64,000 bases of DNA from Bacteroidales bacterium (lineage in GTDB: Bacteria > Bacteroidota > Bacteroidia > Bacteroidales > UBA10428): the NCBI GenBank assembly GCA_035258345.1, contig DATEVU010000134.1, forward strand, positions 340-64,339, given 5' to 3'. The notes beneath the pieces were generated by a model. The model made no database searches. It saw nothing but the letters and a program-made list of their open reading frames with translations, and had not been told where the DNA came from. Positions within the stretch are counted from its first letter, which is position 1. Every line of letters starts with the position of its first letter. This document shows positions 19,571 to 28,587 of the stretch, one piece after another. The position numbers were made by a program, and so were the translations under genes.

Positions 19571-20179
19571 CAGGTTCTGATACTTAAGTACGTCTATAAC
19601 AGCCAGATAAGTATTACATGTGATTTCGGCCAATTCATCTTTTCTGCACCATATGATTTCGGTAATATCTTCGTCCCATTGCGGAACAGGCTTTGCATTT
19701 CCCCGGTAAACCATTTCAAACCAGGAAGTTTTTTTCAGGATCGCCTGATCATCGAGCTGGTAACAATGATAGGTTGACAGGAGGGGCCCGGTAATCTCCA
19801 GGCCGGTCAGTCCGCACTCTTCATTTACTTCGCGCAGGGCACCCGATTCAAATGATTCATCGCGGTTGAGTTTTCCCTTGGGCAGGTCCCATTTCCCACG
19901 TCGTTTCATGATCAGGTATTTGCCTTCGGTATTCCGCACCAATCCGCCGGCAGCATATACCTGGTCAAAACATGATTTGAATCTTTCCCGCAATTCGTCG
20001 ATGTCATGATGAAACAGGAAAAGGGTGTCAATGCGTTTCAGGTTCCAATAAAAATCAATGAGTTCTTTCAGATCTTCAACATTTCTGTACTTGTAAAAAA
20101 TACCGTACCGTACCTGAAAATTCCTTATAAAATCGTCAGTCAGCAATACAATCTTCTCGTTGAAAAAAACTTTGTACAT
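19565..20179 (-). CDS. NUDIX hydrolase
   Basis: 204 aa. Nudix box GKWDLPKGKLNRDESFESGALREVNEECGL. Confidence 0.88.
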   Translation of the reverse strand: MYKVFFNEKIVLLTDDFIRNFQVRYGIFYKYRNVEDLKELIDFYWNLKRIDTLFLFHHDIDELRERFKSCFDQVYAAGGLVRNTEGKYLIMKRRGKWDLPKGKLNRDESFESGALREVNEECGLTGLEITGPLLSTYHCYQLDDQAILKKTSWFEMVYRGNAKPVPQWDEDITEIIWCRKDELAEITCNTYLAVIDVLKYQNLL

Positions 20180-20186
20180 TTACCTG

Positions 20187-20828
20187 ATGAAAAAGTATGA
20201 AAAAACCATCGCAAGCCTTTTATTACAGTGTAATGCCATAAAACTTAGTCCGGACAAGCCTTTCCAATGGGCTTCAGGGTGGAAGTCACCGGTTTATTGT
20301 GACAACCGAAGGACATTGGCATATCCCGAAATAAGAAATACCATCAAATATAGCTTTGTAGATTTAATAAAGGAAAACTTTTTATCAACAGAAGCCATCG
20401 CAGGTGTTGCCACCGGGGCTATTGCGCAGGGAGTTCTGATAGCCGATATGCTGGGATTGCCTTTCATGTACGTGAGGTCGGAACCCAAGGGTCACGGCCT
20501 TGAAAACCTGATTGAGGGAGAACCGCGGGCAGGACAAAAGGTGGTGGTGATTGAGGACCTGATCTCAACCGGAGGCAGCAGTCTGAAGGCAGTTGACGCA
20601 TTGCGCCGGGCTGGTTGTGAGGTGCTGGGGATGGCAGCAATTTTTACCTATGGATTTCAGAAAGCTGAGGATGCCTTTGCCAGGGCGGAATGTAAATTAC
20701 TCACCCTGAGCAGCTACGAGGCATTGATTCAGCTAACCCTCGAAACAGGCTACCTTGGACAGGAGAATCTGGAAACGCTTCGTCAATGGAGACAATCACC
20801 TGATTCCTGGACGGGAACAGGGAAATAA
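20187..20828 (+). CDS. pyrE: Orotate phosphoribosyltransferase
   Basis: MKKYEKTIASLLLQCNAIKLSPDKPFQWASGWKSPVYCDNR...VVVIEDLISTGGSS. I prefer the ATG at 20187; the track start at 20160 is a TTG inside the divergent NUDIX gene. Confidence 0.93.
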   Translation: MKKYEKTIASLLLQCNAIKLSPDKPFQWASGWKSPVYCDNRRTLAYPEIRNTIKYSFVDLIKENFLSTEAIAGVATGAIAQGVLIADMLGLPFMYVRSEPKGHGLENLIEGEPRAGQKVVVIEDLISTGGSSLKAVDALRRAGCEVLGMAAIFTYGFQKAEDAFARAECKLLTLSSYEALIQLTLETGYLGQENLETLRQWRQSPDSWTGTGK

Positions 20829-20870
20829 CAACCGGGTTACATACAATTTATCCAGCATAAAGAGAATACG

Positions 20871-21281
20871 ATGCTTACTATTGAAAGTAAAACAGGAATG
20901 GCCAGGGGAAGCCAGGAAGATGTGTACCGTTATGTTTCCGATTTCAGGAACTTCGCGCATCTGCTTCCTGAGGATAAAATGAAGGATCTTCGGCTATCAG
21001 GGGATACGATCCGGTTCACCATGGATGGCATCGGAACCATTGGTTTACTGATCACAAAGAAAACTCCCAATTCAGGCATCGTTATCCGGGCAACTGAAGG
21101 GAGTCCGGCTGACTTTACCCTCCGGATCAATATTGCAGAAGAAAGGAATAACCAGTCGCCTGTGAATCTTATACTTGAGGCCAACCTGAACATGTTTCTC
21201 GAGATGATGGCAAAAGGGCCGCTGCAACAGTTTGTTGACCTTATTGCAGATAAGATAGGGGAGGTGGAGTTTGGGGTTTGA
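20871..21281 (+). CDS. SRPBCC-fold (START/polyketide-cyclase-like) protein
   Basis: 136 aa. MLTIESKTGMARGSQEDVYRYVSDFRNFAHLLPED... Resemblance by eye only. Confidence 0.55.
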   Translation: MLTIESKTGMARGSQEDVYRYVSDFRNFAHLLPEDKMKDLRLSGDTIRFTMDGIGTIGLLITKKTPNSGIVIRATEGSPADFTLRINIAEERNNQSPVNLILEANLNMFLEMMAKGPLQQFVDLIADKIGEVEFGV

Positions 21282-21315
21282 GGTATGGGGTTTGAGGTTT
21301 GAAGTTTGAGGTTTG
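21266..21315 (+). repeat. Heptad tandem repeat GTTTGAR that fills the whole spacer between convergent stop codons
   Basis: The GTTTG core starts at 21269, 21276, 21290, 21297, 21304 and 21311 (spacing 7/14/7/7/7). The repeat begins in the last codons of the SRPBCC gene (stop 21279-21281) and ends at the birA stop (21316-21318). Confidence 0.8.
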
Positions 21316-22074
21316 TCAGATATGAAATGTAATTTCCTTAAAATCATAGTGTACTGTTCTTCCATCCCTCTTTGTAACAACCAGTTCACCGGTTTCCGCT
21401 ACGTCGGCGATCCTTCCCTCAAATTCACCGGAATCATCGGTAAACAAAGCCCATTTGTTGATTAGCCAAAGATTGTTCAGATAAGTGGTTTTAATTTCAC
21501 CGTAAGCCTCCCTGTAGAATCTTCCGATATTGACCTGCAAATGTTTCAGGAGAAGCATGAGGGTTTCATCCAGGTCATATTCCCTTCCTGTTGCGAGGTT
21601 TAGTGAGGTCGGATTTGGCAGATCACTGCTGAATTCACGCTGGTTGACATTCAGTCCGATACCAACAATGGAGGTATGCAGGTTTTGGGACATGATTGTA
21701 TTTTCGATCAGTATACCTGACACTTTTTTGCCTTCGATGTAAATATCATTGGGCCATTTAATCCTTGCCCCATCCACATGCGAGGCGATAAATTCAACTA
21801 TGCCGTTTGCAATGCTCATGGAAAGGTAAAATTGTTTCCCGGCAGGTATAAATTCGGGCCTGAGAATTAAGCTTAAAAGCAGGTTCCTGTCTTCCTCACT
21901 TTCCCAGCTTGTGCCTCCCTGCCCCTTCCCCCTCGTCTGGTGTACTGCCAAAATTACAGTGCCTTCCGCCACGGCCTCCTGTCGCAATAACCGTGAAGCG
22001 TAATTGTTGGTGGAATCAACGGAATTAAGCTTTATCAGGGGAAAACCAAGGTTTATTTCTCTCATGGCATGCAA
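21316..22074 (-). CDS. birA: Biotin--[acetyl-CoA-carboxylase] ligase (group I, no N-terminal HTH)
   Basis: 252 aa. STNNYA...GTVILAVHQTRGKGQGGTSWESEEDRNLLLSLIL...IKWPNDIY. Confidence 0.92.
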   Translation of the reverse strand: MHAMREINLGFPLIKLNSVDSTNNYASRLLRQEAVAEGTVILAVHQTRGKGQGGTSWESEEDRNLLLSLILRPEFIPAGKQFYLSMSIANGIVEFIASHVDGARIKWPNDIYIEGKKVSGILIENTIMSQNLHTSIVGIGLNVNQREFSSDLPNPTSLNLATGREYDLDETLMLLLKHLQVNIGRFYREAYGEIKTTYLNNLWLINKWALFTDDSGEFEGRIADVAETGELVVTKRDGRTVHYDFKEITFHI

Positions 22075-22237
22075 GTTTTAAGATGGATTTTATAAAACCA
22101 AATTTTTTGGTATTGTTATTGATACAGATACACTGACCATGAATATCGGATTTAGGGCAAAAATACACAATCAATTAAGCCGCAGGACAATTGATTATTC
22201 ACTATTTTTACATCGTGAAATATAAAATAATTCAGGC

Positions 22238-22594
22238 TTGGGAAATTACGATCAGCTGCTAAAATATATTTTTGAAGGCATACTTGAGAAAAAGGGCAAG
22301 GAAATTATCAATATTGATTTAAGAAAGCTGGACTTTGCGCCTTGTGATAATTTTATAATTTGTCATGGTGAGTCCGGTTCTCAGGTCAGAGCGCTGGCTG
22401 ATTCGGTTGAAGAAAAGGCTGAAACAAATCTCGGTATACACCCCGGACACCGGGAGGGCACGGAAAACGCACAATGGGTATTGCTGGATTATGGAAGCTC
22501 GGTAGTACACATTTTCAGCAAAGAGGCCAGGGATTATTACAAGCTTGAGGATTTATGGGGTGATGCTGATATCACCAGAATACAAGAAGACTAA
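22238..22594 (+). CDS. rsfS: Ribosome silencing factor
   Basis: 118 aa. ILEKKGKEIINIDLRKLDFAPCDNFIICHGESGSQVRALADSV...WVLLDYGSSVVHIF...YKLEDLWGDA. The start codon is a TTG. Confidence 0.88.
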   Translation: MGNYDQLLKYIFEGILEKKGKEIINIDLRKLDFAPCDNFIICHGESGSQVRALADSVEEKAETNLGIHPGHREGTENAQWVLLDYGSSVVHIFSKEARDYYKLEDLWGDADITRIQED

Positions 22595-22609
22595 ACAAGG
22601 AAGAAAAGC

Positions 22610-24694
22610 ATGGAAGATCAAAAAGGAGTAAAAGGTAAAAAGGAAGAGGATAAGAATAACAACGGATCTAAAATTCCCAACAATCTGATGGGTAATAAAA
22701 GGCCGCGATTCAATGCCATGTGGATCTATGGGATCATTGGCATTGCCATTATACTGATCTATCTGTTTGATTCGGGACAGGGACCAACACCTGTTGACTG
22801 GAAATATTTCCAGAATGAATTGTTGCTAAAAAAGGAAATTCAAAAGATACAGGTTGTTAACGAACAAACAGCGGAAATTTTTATTAAGCCGGAATTGCTC
22901 GACCAGCCCAGGCATCAGAAGAATTTCACAAAAGGCTTGAGTGCTCTTGGCAAGGCAGGTCCGCACTACACCATGCCTGTTGGTTCAAACGACATTTTTG
23001 TGAAGATGCTGGATGAAGCCCAGGCTGATGTTCCTGAAACAGAAAGGATATATCCCGAATTCATACGTAAACGTACATTCGGTGATACCCTGTATGTGTT
23101 GGGACCAATCATAATCCTGGTAGTGATTTACCTGATTATCTTCAGGAAGATGAGCGGTTCAGGGGGGGGTGGCGGAGGCACCAACATTTTCAACGTTGGC
23201 AAATCAAAAGCAAGGATCTTTGACAAGGATGAGAACATCCGGCTCGATTTTAAAGATGTCGCGGGTTTGGAAGAAGCCAAGATGGAAGTGAAAGAAATAG
23301 TTGATTTTCTGAAAAAACCCAAAAAGTATACCGACCTGGGAGGCAAGATACCCAAGGGTGCCCTGCTGGTAGGTCCTCCGGGTACAGGCAAGACACTTCT
23401 TGCCAAGGCAGTGGCAGGCGAGGCACATGTTCCCTTTTTCTCCCTTTCGGGATCCGACTTCGTGGAAATGTTTGTAGGAGTGGGTGCGTCGCGCGTGCGT
23501 GATTTGTTTAAGCAGGCCAAGGAGAAAGCACCCTGTATTGTTTTTATCGATGAAATTGATGCGATTGGTCGGGCCCGCGGCAGAAATCCGAACATGGGGG
23601 CAAATGATGAACGTGAAAACACGCTGAATCAGTTGCTTACCGAAATGGATGGCTTCGCGTCCAATGCCGGTGTGATCATCCTTGCCGCAACCAACCGGGC
23701 TGACATACTTGATAAGGCATTGTTGCGTGCCGGACGTTTCGATCGTCAGATCTATGTTGAATTGCCTGATCTGAATGAAAGAAAGGAAATTTTCAAGGTA
23801 CATCTCAGGCCAATAAAAACTGAAAAGGACCTGGAAGTGGATTTCCTGGCCCGTCAGACTCCCGGATTCTCCGGTGCGGATATTGCCAATGTATGCAATG
23901 AAGCCGCACTTATTGCCGCCAGAAAAAATAAGAAGTCAGTACAACGTCAGGATTTCCTGGACGCTGTTGACAGGATTGTAGGCGGACTGGAAAAAAAGAA
24001 CAAGATCATTACCCAGGATGAAAAAAAGACGATTGCTTACCACGAAGCCGGGCATGCCACTATAAGCTGGATGCTTGAACATGCAAGCCCCCTGGTAAAA
24101 GTAACGATTATTCCCCGGGGTAAATCCCTTGGATCCGCCTGGTACCTGCCGGAGGAACGACAGATAACCACCACGGACCAGTTGCTGGAGGAAATGACGG
24201 CCACGCTGGGAGGCAGGGCTGCAGAGCTGATTACTTTTGGCAAGATATCCACAGGTGCGCTTAATGATCTGGAGCGTGTGACCAAGCAAGCCTATGCTAT
24301 GGTTACTTATTACGGACTTAGCGAAAAGATTGGCAACCTGAGTTTTTATGATTCATCGGGACAAAATGAATACTTCTTTCAACGGCCTTACAGTGATAAG
24401 ACAGCTGAACTAATTGACCGGGAGGCAAAAGGAATTATCGATGCCCAATATAACCGGGCTATTGATATCCTCAATCAGCACAAGGAAGGGTTGATCAAGC
24501 TGGCAGAACAGCTGCTTGAAAAGGAAGTGATTTTCACAGAAGATCTTGAGAAAATATTCGGCAAAAGAAAGGGCAAAAGTGGAACACCTGAAAAACCCAG
24601 GAAGACCAGGAAAAGCGGTAAATCTCTGAAAGCAGATGCTGAACCTGTCGCCGGTGAAGTGGAACCTAAGGAAAAGGTCAAACAGTCAGCATAA
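22610..24694 (+). CDS. ftsH: ATP-dependent zinc metalloprotease FtsH
   Basis: 694 aa. Walker [14 protein letters not shown]; [11 protein letters not shown]; HEAGHA zinc site. Confidence 0.98.
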   Translation: MEDQKGVKGKKEEDKNNNGSKIPNNLMGNKRPRFNAMWIYGIIGIAIILIYLFDSGQGPTPVDWKYFQNELLLKKEIQKIQVVNEQTAEIFIKPELLDQPRHQKNFTKGLSALGKAGPHYTMPVGSNDIFVKMLDEAQADVPETERIYPEFIRKRTFGDTLYVLGPIIILVVIYLIIFRKMSGSGGGGGGTNIFNVGKSKARIFDKDENIRLDFKDVAGLEEAKMEVKEIVDFLKKPKKYTDLGGKIPKGALLVGPPGTGKTLLAKAVAGEAHVPFFSLSGSDFVEMFVGVGASRVRDLFKQAKEKAPCIVFIDEIDAIGRARGRNPNMGANDERENTLNQLLTEMDGFASNAGVIILAATNRADILDKALLRAGRFDRQIYVELPDLNERKEIFKVHLRPIKTEKDLEVDFLARQTPGFSGADIANVCNEAALIAARKNKKSVQRQDFLDAVDRIVGGLEKKNKIITQDEKKTIAYHEAGHATISWMLEHASPLVKVTIIPRGKSLGSAWYLPEERQITTTDQLLEEMTATLGGRAAELITFGKISTGALNDLERVTKQAYAMVTYYGLSEKIGNLSFYDSSGQNEYFFQRPYSDKTAELIDREAKGIIDAQYNRAIDILNQHKEGLIKLAEQLLEKEVIFTEDLEKIFGKRKGKSGTPEKPRKTRKSGKSLKADAEPVAGEVEPKEKVKQSA

Positions 24695-24703
24695 CCAGTA
24701 ATA

Positions 24704-25525
24704 TTGAAAAATGTAGTTCAACGGACAGTTTCAGGTATCATCTACCTGGTGGTGATTATTGGTTCCCTGTTTCTCGGACAATTTGCATTTGCTGCATTGT
24801 TCCTGCTAATCAGCCTGCTTGCCCTGTATGAATTTTACGGGATGGCAGTCGTTTCCGGGGGATCTCCTTTTACCTTGCAAGGCCTGATCGCCGGCGCACT
24901 TGTTTATGTTGTATCATTCCTTGCGACATCAGGTATTATTCCCTGGGATCTGCTTGGATTGATACTGATCACTCCTGTCCTTTTACTACTGACAGCCCTG
25001 TATTCCAAAAAGGACGATATAATCAGGAACATCGCGGTTACTTTCCTTGGACTGGTTTATATTATCCTTCCGATGTCCGTCATGAACCACCTGGCATTTC
25101 CAGATGCAACCAGCCATGTTTATACACACCGCATCGTTCTGGGGATACTTATACTTGTCTGGATCAACGATACAGGAGCCTATCTTACCGGGATGACCCT
25201 GGGCCGGCACAGACTTTTTTCCCGTGTCTCACCCAAAAAATCATGGGAAGGAGCTATAGGAGGAGGTGTTCTTACCGCGATTGTTTCCATGTGGATGGTT
25301 CCGCTAATGGGTATATTGACGCGAACGGACTGGATTGCACTGGCTGTAATCATTTCGGTTTTCGGCGTGTACGGCGACCTTACGGAATCGCTATTTAAAC
25401 GAAGCCTGGATATGAAGGATTCAGGATCGATTATACCAGGGCACGGGGGCATACTGGACCGGATGGATTCGGTATTGTTTGTGATGCCGGTTGCTGTTGT
25501 TTATTTATTGTTACGTAACATATAA
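24704..25525 (+). CDS. cdsA: Phosphatidate cytidylyltransferase
   Basis: 273 aa, polytopic. SLFKRSLDMKDSGSIIPGHGGILDRMDS. The start codon is a TTG, with no in-frame ATG nearby. Confidence 0.93.
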   Translation: MKNVVQRTVSGIIYLVVIIGSLFLGQFAFAALFLLISLLALYEFYGMAVVSGGSPFTLQGLIAGALVYVVSFLATSGIIPWDLLGLILITPVLLLLTALYSKKDDIIRNIAVTFLGLVYIILPMSVMNHLAFPDATSHVYTHRIVLGILILVWINDTGAYLTGMTLGRHRLFSRVSPKKSWEGAIGGGVLTAIVSMWMVPLMGILTRTDWIALAVIISVFGVYGDLTESLFKRSLDMKDSGSIIPGHGGILDRMDSVLFVMPVAVVYLLLRNI

Positions 25526-25536
25526 GAACAAAAGGG

Positions 25537-26190
25537 ATGAAAATTCACAGGGAGGGGATAGTCATTATCCTGTTCGTATTATTGCTGATAACCAGTCTGA
25601 ACCTTGTTATTTACTGGTTCGTCAATAGTACCTTTATTCAGTCGTTGCTGATCATTGTGTCCACAGTTTTCTTTTTGCTGGTGGTTTGGTTCTTCCGAAG
25701 CCCTGTTCGGAACGTGATTCCGGAGGAAACAGTAATTTTATGTCCGGCCGACGGTAAAGTGGTGGTTATTGAGGAGGTTATCGAAAAAGAGTACTTCAAG
25801 GACAAGCGGATACAGGTCTCTGTGTTTATGTCACCGCTGAATGTCCATGTCAACAGGTACCCCATCAGCGGTACGGTAAGTTATTATAAATATCACCCCG
25901 GGAAATACCTGGTTGCCTGGCATCCGAAATCATCCGAGCTGAATGAAAGATCTACCGTGCTGATCCGGGATGATCAGGGGCGGGAAATTCTGACACGTCA
26001 GATTGCAGGAGCCGTAGCACGCCGTATCGTTACGTATGCCGTGGAAGGTGAACAGGTAATTCAGGGCGGTGAACTTGGATTTATCAAATTTGGCTCACGG
26101 GTTGACCTGTTTCTCCCGCCGGATACCAAAATATTGGTAAAGGTCGGTGATAAGGTATCGGGGAACCGGACGGTGATCGGTAAATTCTGA
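25537..26190 (+). CDS. psd: Phosphatidylserine decarboxylase proenzyme
   Basis: 217 aa. LNVHVNRYPISGTV...GAVARRIV...GFIKFGSRVDLFLP. Confidence 0.93.
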   Translation: MKIHREGIVIILFVLLLITSLNLVIYWFVNSTFIQSLLIIVSTVFFLLVVWFFRSPVRNVIPEETVILCPADGKVVVIEEVIEKEYFKDKRIQVSVFMSPLNVHVNRYPISGTVSYYKYHPGKYLVAWHPKSSELNERSTVLIRDDQGREILTRQIAGAVARRIVTYAVEGEQVIQGGELGFIKFGSRVDLFLPPDTKILVKVGDKVSGNRTVIGKF

Positions 26191-26208
26191 CTTGAATTGA
26201 AAAATTGA

Positions 26209-27399
26209 TTACTGAATTACCTTCAGTTCCTTCCCAACCTTCACAAAAGCCGCCAGCGCCTTATTGAGATGTTCCCTTGTATGGGCAGCAGACAACTGAA
26301 CCCTGATCCGGGCTTCACCTTTGGGCACTACGGGATAGTAAAAACCGGTCACATAAATCCCCTCTTCCAGCAGTCGGGAAGCAAAATCCTGAGACAACCG
26401 GGCATCGTACAACATGATGGCGATTATGGCCGACTTTGAAGGTTTAATGGTAAATCCGGCCTCCGTTATTTTATTTCTGAAGTAATCGGTATTTTGATGC
26501 AACCTGTCCTGCAGTTCAGAAGTTTCCCGCATCATTTCAAAAAGCACAATTCCGGCGCGGGTGATCATGGGGGGCAAGGAATTTGAGAACAGGTAAGGCC
26601 GGGAACGTTGCCGGAGCATTTCGATGATTTCCCTGCGTCCTGTGGTAAATCCTCCGATAGCACCGCCAAAGGCTTTCCCCAGTGTGCCGGTAATTATATC
26701 AACCTCTCCCCGTATATTATACAGTTCGGTAACCCCGCGTCCGGTATTTCCTACCACTCCGGCGGAATGGCATTCGTCAACCATTACCAGGGCATCATAT
26801 TTACGTGCCAGCCCGCAGATCTTATCCATCGGGGCCACGTTACCGTCCATGGAAAACACGCCGTCGGTGACGATGATCCTGAACCGGTTCACCTGGGCTT
26901 TTTTAAGCTGTTCTTCCAGGTCGGCCATATCGGCATTGGCATACCGGTAGCGCTGGGCTTTGCAAAGCCTTACGCCGTCGATTATCGATGCATGGTTCAG
27001 TGCATCGGAAATGATGGCGTCCTCTTCTCCCACCAAGGGTTCAAATACACCCCCATTGGCATCAAAACAGGCGGCATATAAAATAGTGTCCTCGGTACCG
27101 AAAAACTCCGCTATTTTTTCTTCAAGTTCTTTGTGCAGATCTGTCGTGCCGCAGATGAATCTCACGGAAGACATACCGTATCCGTGCGAATGCAGCGCTT
27201 CGGCTGCAGCCTTAACAAGTGCGGGATGAGAAGACAGGCCAAGGTAATTGTTTGCACAGAAGTTGAGCACTTCGTTGCCGCCTTCAAGTATTATGGAGGC
27301 ATCCTGGGGGGACACGATTATCCTTTCCTTTTTGTAAAGCCCTGCTTCGGTAATGGCTTTCAGTTCCTGCTGCAGATGTTGTTTGATTTTTCCGTACAT
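26209..27399 (-). CDS. kbl: Glycine C-acetyltransferase (2-amino-3-ketobutyrate CoA ligase)
   Basis: 396 aa. NFCANNYLGLSSHP...SVRFICGTTDLHKELE...ISDALNHASIIDGVRLCKAQRYRYAN...TDGVFSMDG...MVDECHSAG. Close to E. coli Kbl as I recall that sequence. Confidence 0.93.
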   Translation of the reverse strand: MYGKIKQHLQQELKAITEAGLYKKERIIVSPQDASIILEGGNEVLNFCANNYLGLSSHPALVKAAAEALHSHGYGMSSVRFICGTTDLHKELEEKIAEFFGTEDTILYAACFDANGGVFEPLVGEEDAIISDALNHASIIDGVRLCKAQRYRYANADMADLEEQLKKAQVNRFRIIVTDGVFSMDGNVAPMDKICGLARKYDALVMVDECHSAGVVGNTGRGVTELYNIRGEVDIITGTLGKAFGGAIGGFTTGRREIIEMLRQRSRPYLFSNSLPPMITRAGIVLFEMMRETSELQDRLHQNTDYFRNKITEAGFTIKPSKSAIIAIMLYDARLSQDFASRLLEEGIYVTGFYYPVVPKGEARIRVQLSAAHTREHLNKALAAFVKVGKELKVIQ

Positions 27400-27405
27400 A
27401 ATATA

Positions 27406-27429
27406 TTTGATGATTTGATGATTTGATGA
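27406..27429 (+). repeat. Octamer tandem repeat (TTTGATGA)x3 in the kbl-tdh spacer
   Basis: tttgatga tttgatga tttgatga, starting 7 nt past the kbl start codon (27399). Confidence 0.85.
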
Positions 27430-27431
27430 TT

Positions 27432-28412
27432 TTACCTGTCCCTTGTCCCTTGTCCCTCATCCTTTCTTTCATTTTTCCTGATCTCGGTTATCATTCTGTC
27501 CGTTATTTGCTGAAGATCGTATTTGGGTTTCCAGACGATGCTGGTGCGAAGTTCGCTGTCGTCGATGCATTTAGGCCAGCTTTCGGCAATTTCCTGCCGG
27601 AAGTCAGGTTTATAAATGATATCGAATCCGGGAATATGGCGGCGGATATCCATCGCAACCTGTTTGGGGAACAGGCTGGGACCGGTGATGTTGTAGGATG
27701 AATGGCAGTCGAGGTTAGCCTGGTCGGTCTCCATCAATCTGATTGTTGCATTTATGGCATCATCCATAAACATCATGGGCATCTCGGTGTCTTCCTGCAC
27801 AAAACAGGTATAGCTTTTATTTCGGACAGCTTCGAAGTAGATCTCAACCGCCCAGTCGGTTGTGCCACCGCCGGGTTCCGTTTTGTAACTGATAAGACCG
27901 GGATACCTGAGGCTCCTGATATCAACATTGTACCGCTTGTGGTAATATTCACACCAGCGTTCTCCTGCTAATTTACTGATGCCGTAAACGGTGGAGGGTT
28001 CCATAATGGTAAGCTGCGGAGTCTTTATATTGGGTGTTGTACTTCCAAATACCGCAATAGAACTGGGCCAGAAAACCTTTTTGACATCTTCCACCAGTTT
28101 GGCAATCTCGAGAATGTTCATCAGGCTGTTCATGTTGATGTACCAGGCCTGGGTGGGCAGTTTTTCGGCATTTCCCGACAAAACCGCAGCAAGATGATAG
28201 ATCTGTGTGATCTTGTTACGGATGATAAAATGTATCAAATGCTTGTCATCCATCACGTCGAGCAGTTGAAAAGGTCCGCTTTCCCTGATATCTGCCGGGG
28301 CATCCTTAACATCGGTGGCAAATACACTTGAATTGCCATAAATACGGCGAAGCTCGAGCGTCAATTCAGAGCCAATCTGGCCCGCAGCGCCAATAATAAG
28401 TATTCTTTCCAT
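27432..28412 (-). CDS. tdh: NAD-dependent epimerase-fold L-threonine 3-dehydrogenase
   Basis: MERILIIGAAGQIGSELTLELR...Y..SK catalytic pair (VYGISKLAGE). It sits immediately upstream of kbl on the same strand. I prefer the ATG at 28412 over the GTG at 28430. Confidence 0.85.
   Translation of the reverse strand: MERILIIGAAGQIGSELTLELRRIYGNSSVFATDVKDAPADIRESGPFQLLDVMDDKHLIHFIIRNKITQIYHLAAVLSGNAEKLPTQAWYINMNSLMNILEIAKLVEDVKKVFWPSSIAVFGSTTPNIKTPQLTIMEPSTVYGISKLAGERWCEYYHKRYNVDIRSLRYPGLISYKTEPGGGTTDWAVEIYFEAVRNKSYTCFVQEDTEMPMMFMDDAINATIRLMETDQANLDCHSSYNITGPSLFPKQVAMDIRRHIPGFDIIYKPDFRQEIAESWPKCIDDSELRTSIVWKPKYDLQQITDRMITEIRKNERKDEGQGTRDR
27437..27460 (+). repeat. Octamer tandem repeat (TGTCCCTY)x3 that encodes the C-terminal tail of Tdh
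   Basis: tgtccctt tgtccctt tgtccctc. On the minus strand this reads GAGGGACAAGGGACAAGGGACAGGTAA = EGQGTRDR*. Confidence 0.85.
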
Positions 28413-28559
28413 ATGAAAAAAAGCATTCACCGAAGTTAAAGTAAAAGCTCATCGAAAAAAAATGATGTTTAACAGGAATTCCCATTATAAATTCTTGCTC
28501 GTTTTGATTTTTCCAAAAAAATAAAGTAATTTTTGAGAAATCAGAAGAATTATCTTAAT

Positions 28560-28584
28560 TTTGTTTATTCAATGAATAAACAAA
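28560..28584. promoter_or_regulatory. Perfect 25-bp palindrome (12-bp arms) 3 nt upstream of the ROK regulator ATG; candidate ROK/NagC-type operator
   Basis: TTTGTTTATTCA-A-TGAATAAACAAA. I checked it base by base, and the pairing fails only at 28559/28585. Confidence 0.6.
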
Positions 28585-28587
28585 CCT

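Noticed and set aside
20160-20189. NUDIX and pyrE start codons only 7 bp apart in divergent orientation, so each promoter would lie inside the other gene
   Set aside because: This depends on start-codon choice, which I cannot verify without homologue alignment. Tight divergent starts are not rare in compact genomes.
23161-23180. G8 homopolymer inside ftsH as a possible phase-variation tract
   Set aside because: It encodes the Gly-rich linker ([10 protein letters not shown]) typical after the FtsH second TM helix, in an essential gene. It is most likely a coding constraint rather than a switch.
26188-26215. A run of TGA/TTGA words between the psd and kbl stop codons as another member of the short-period repeat family
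   Set aside because: The spacing is irregular (5/5/8/7) and the stretch is only 28 nt. It cannot be distinguished from AT-rich chance sequence.
26209-28412. The alpha-oxoamine synthase plus SDR/epimerase pair as a sphingolipid or capnine (sulfonolipid) biosynthesis module
   Set aside because: The AOS matches E. coli Kbl, as I recall that sequence, nearly motif for motif. The partner has the epimerase-type threonine dehydrogenase layout. The standard tdh-kbl threonine catabolic pair is the simpler reading.
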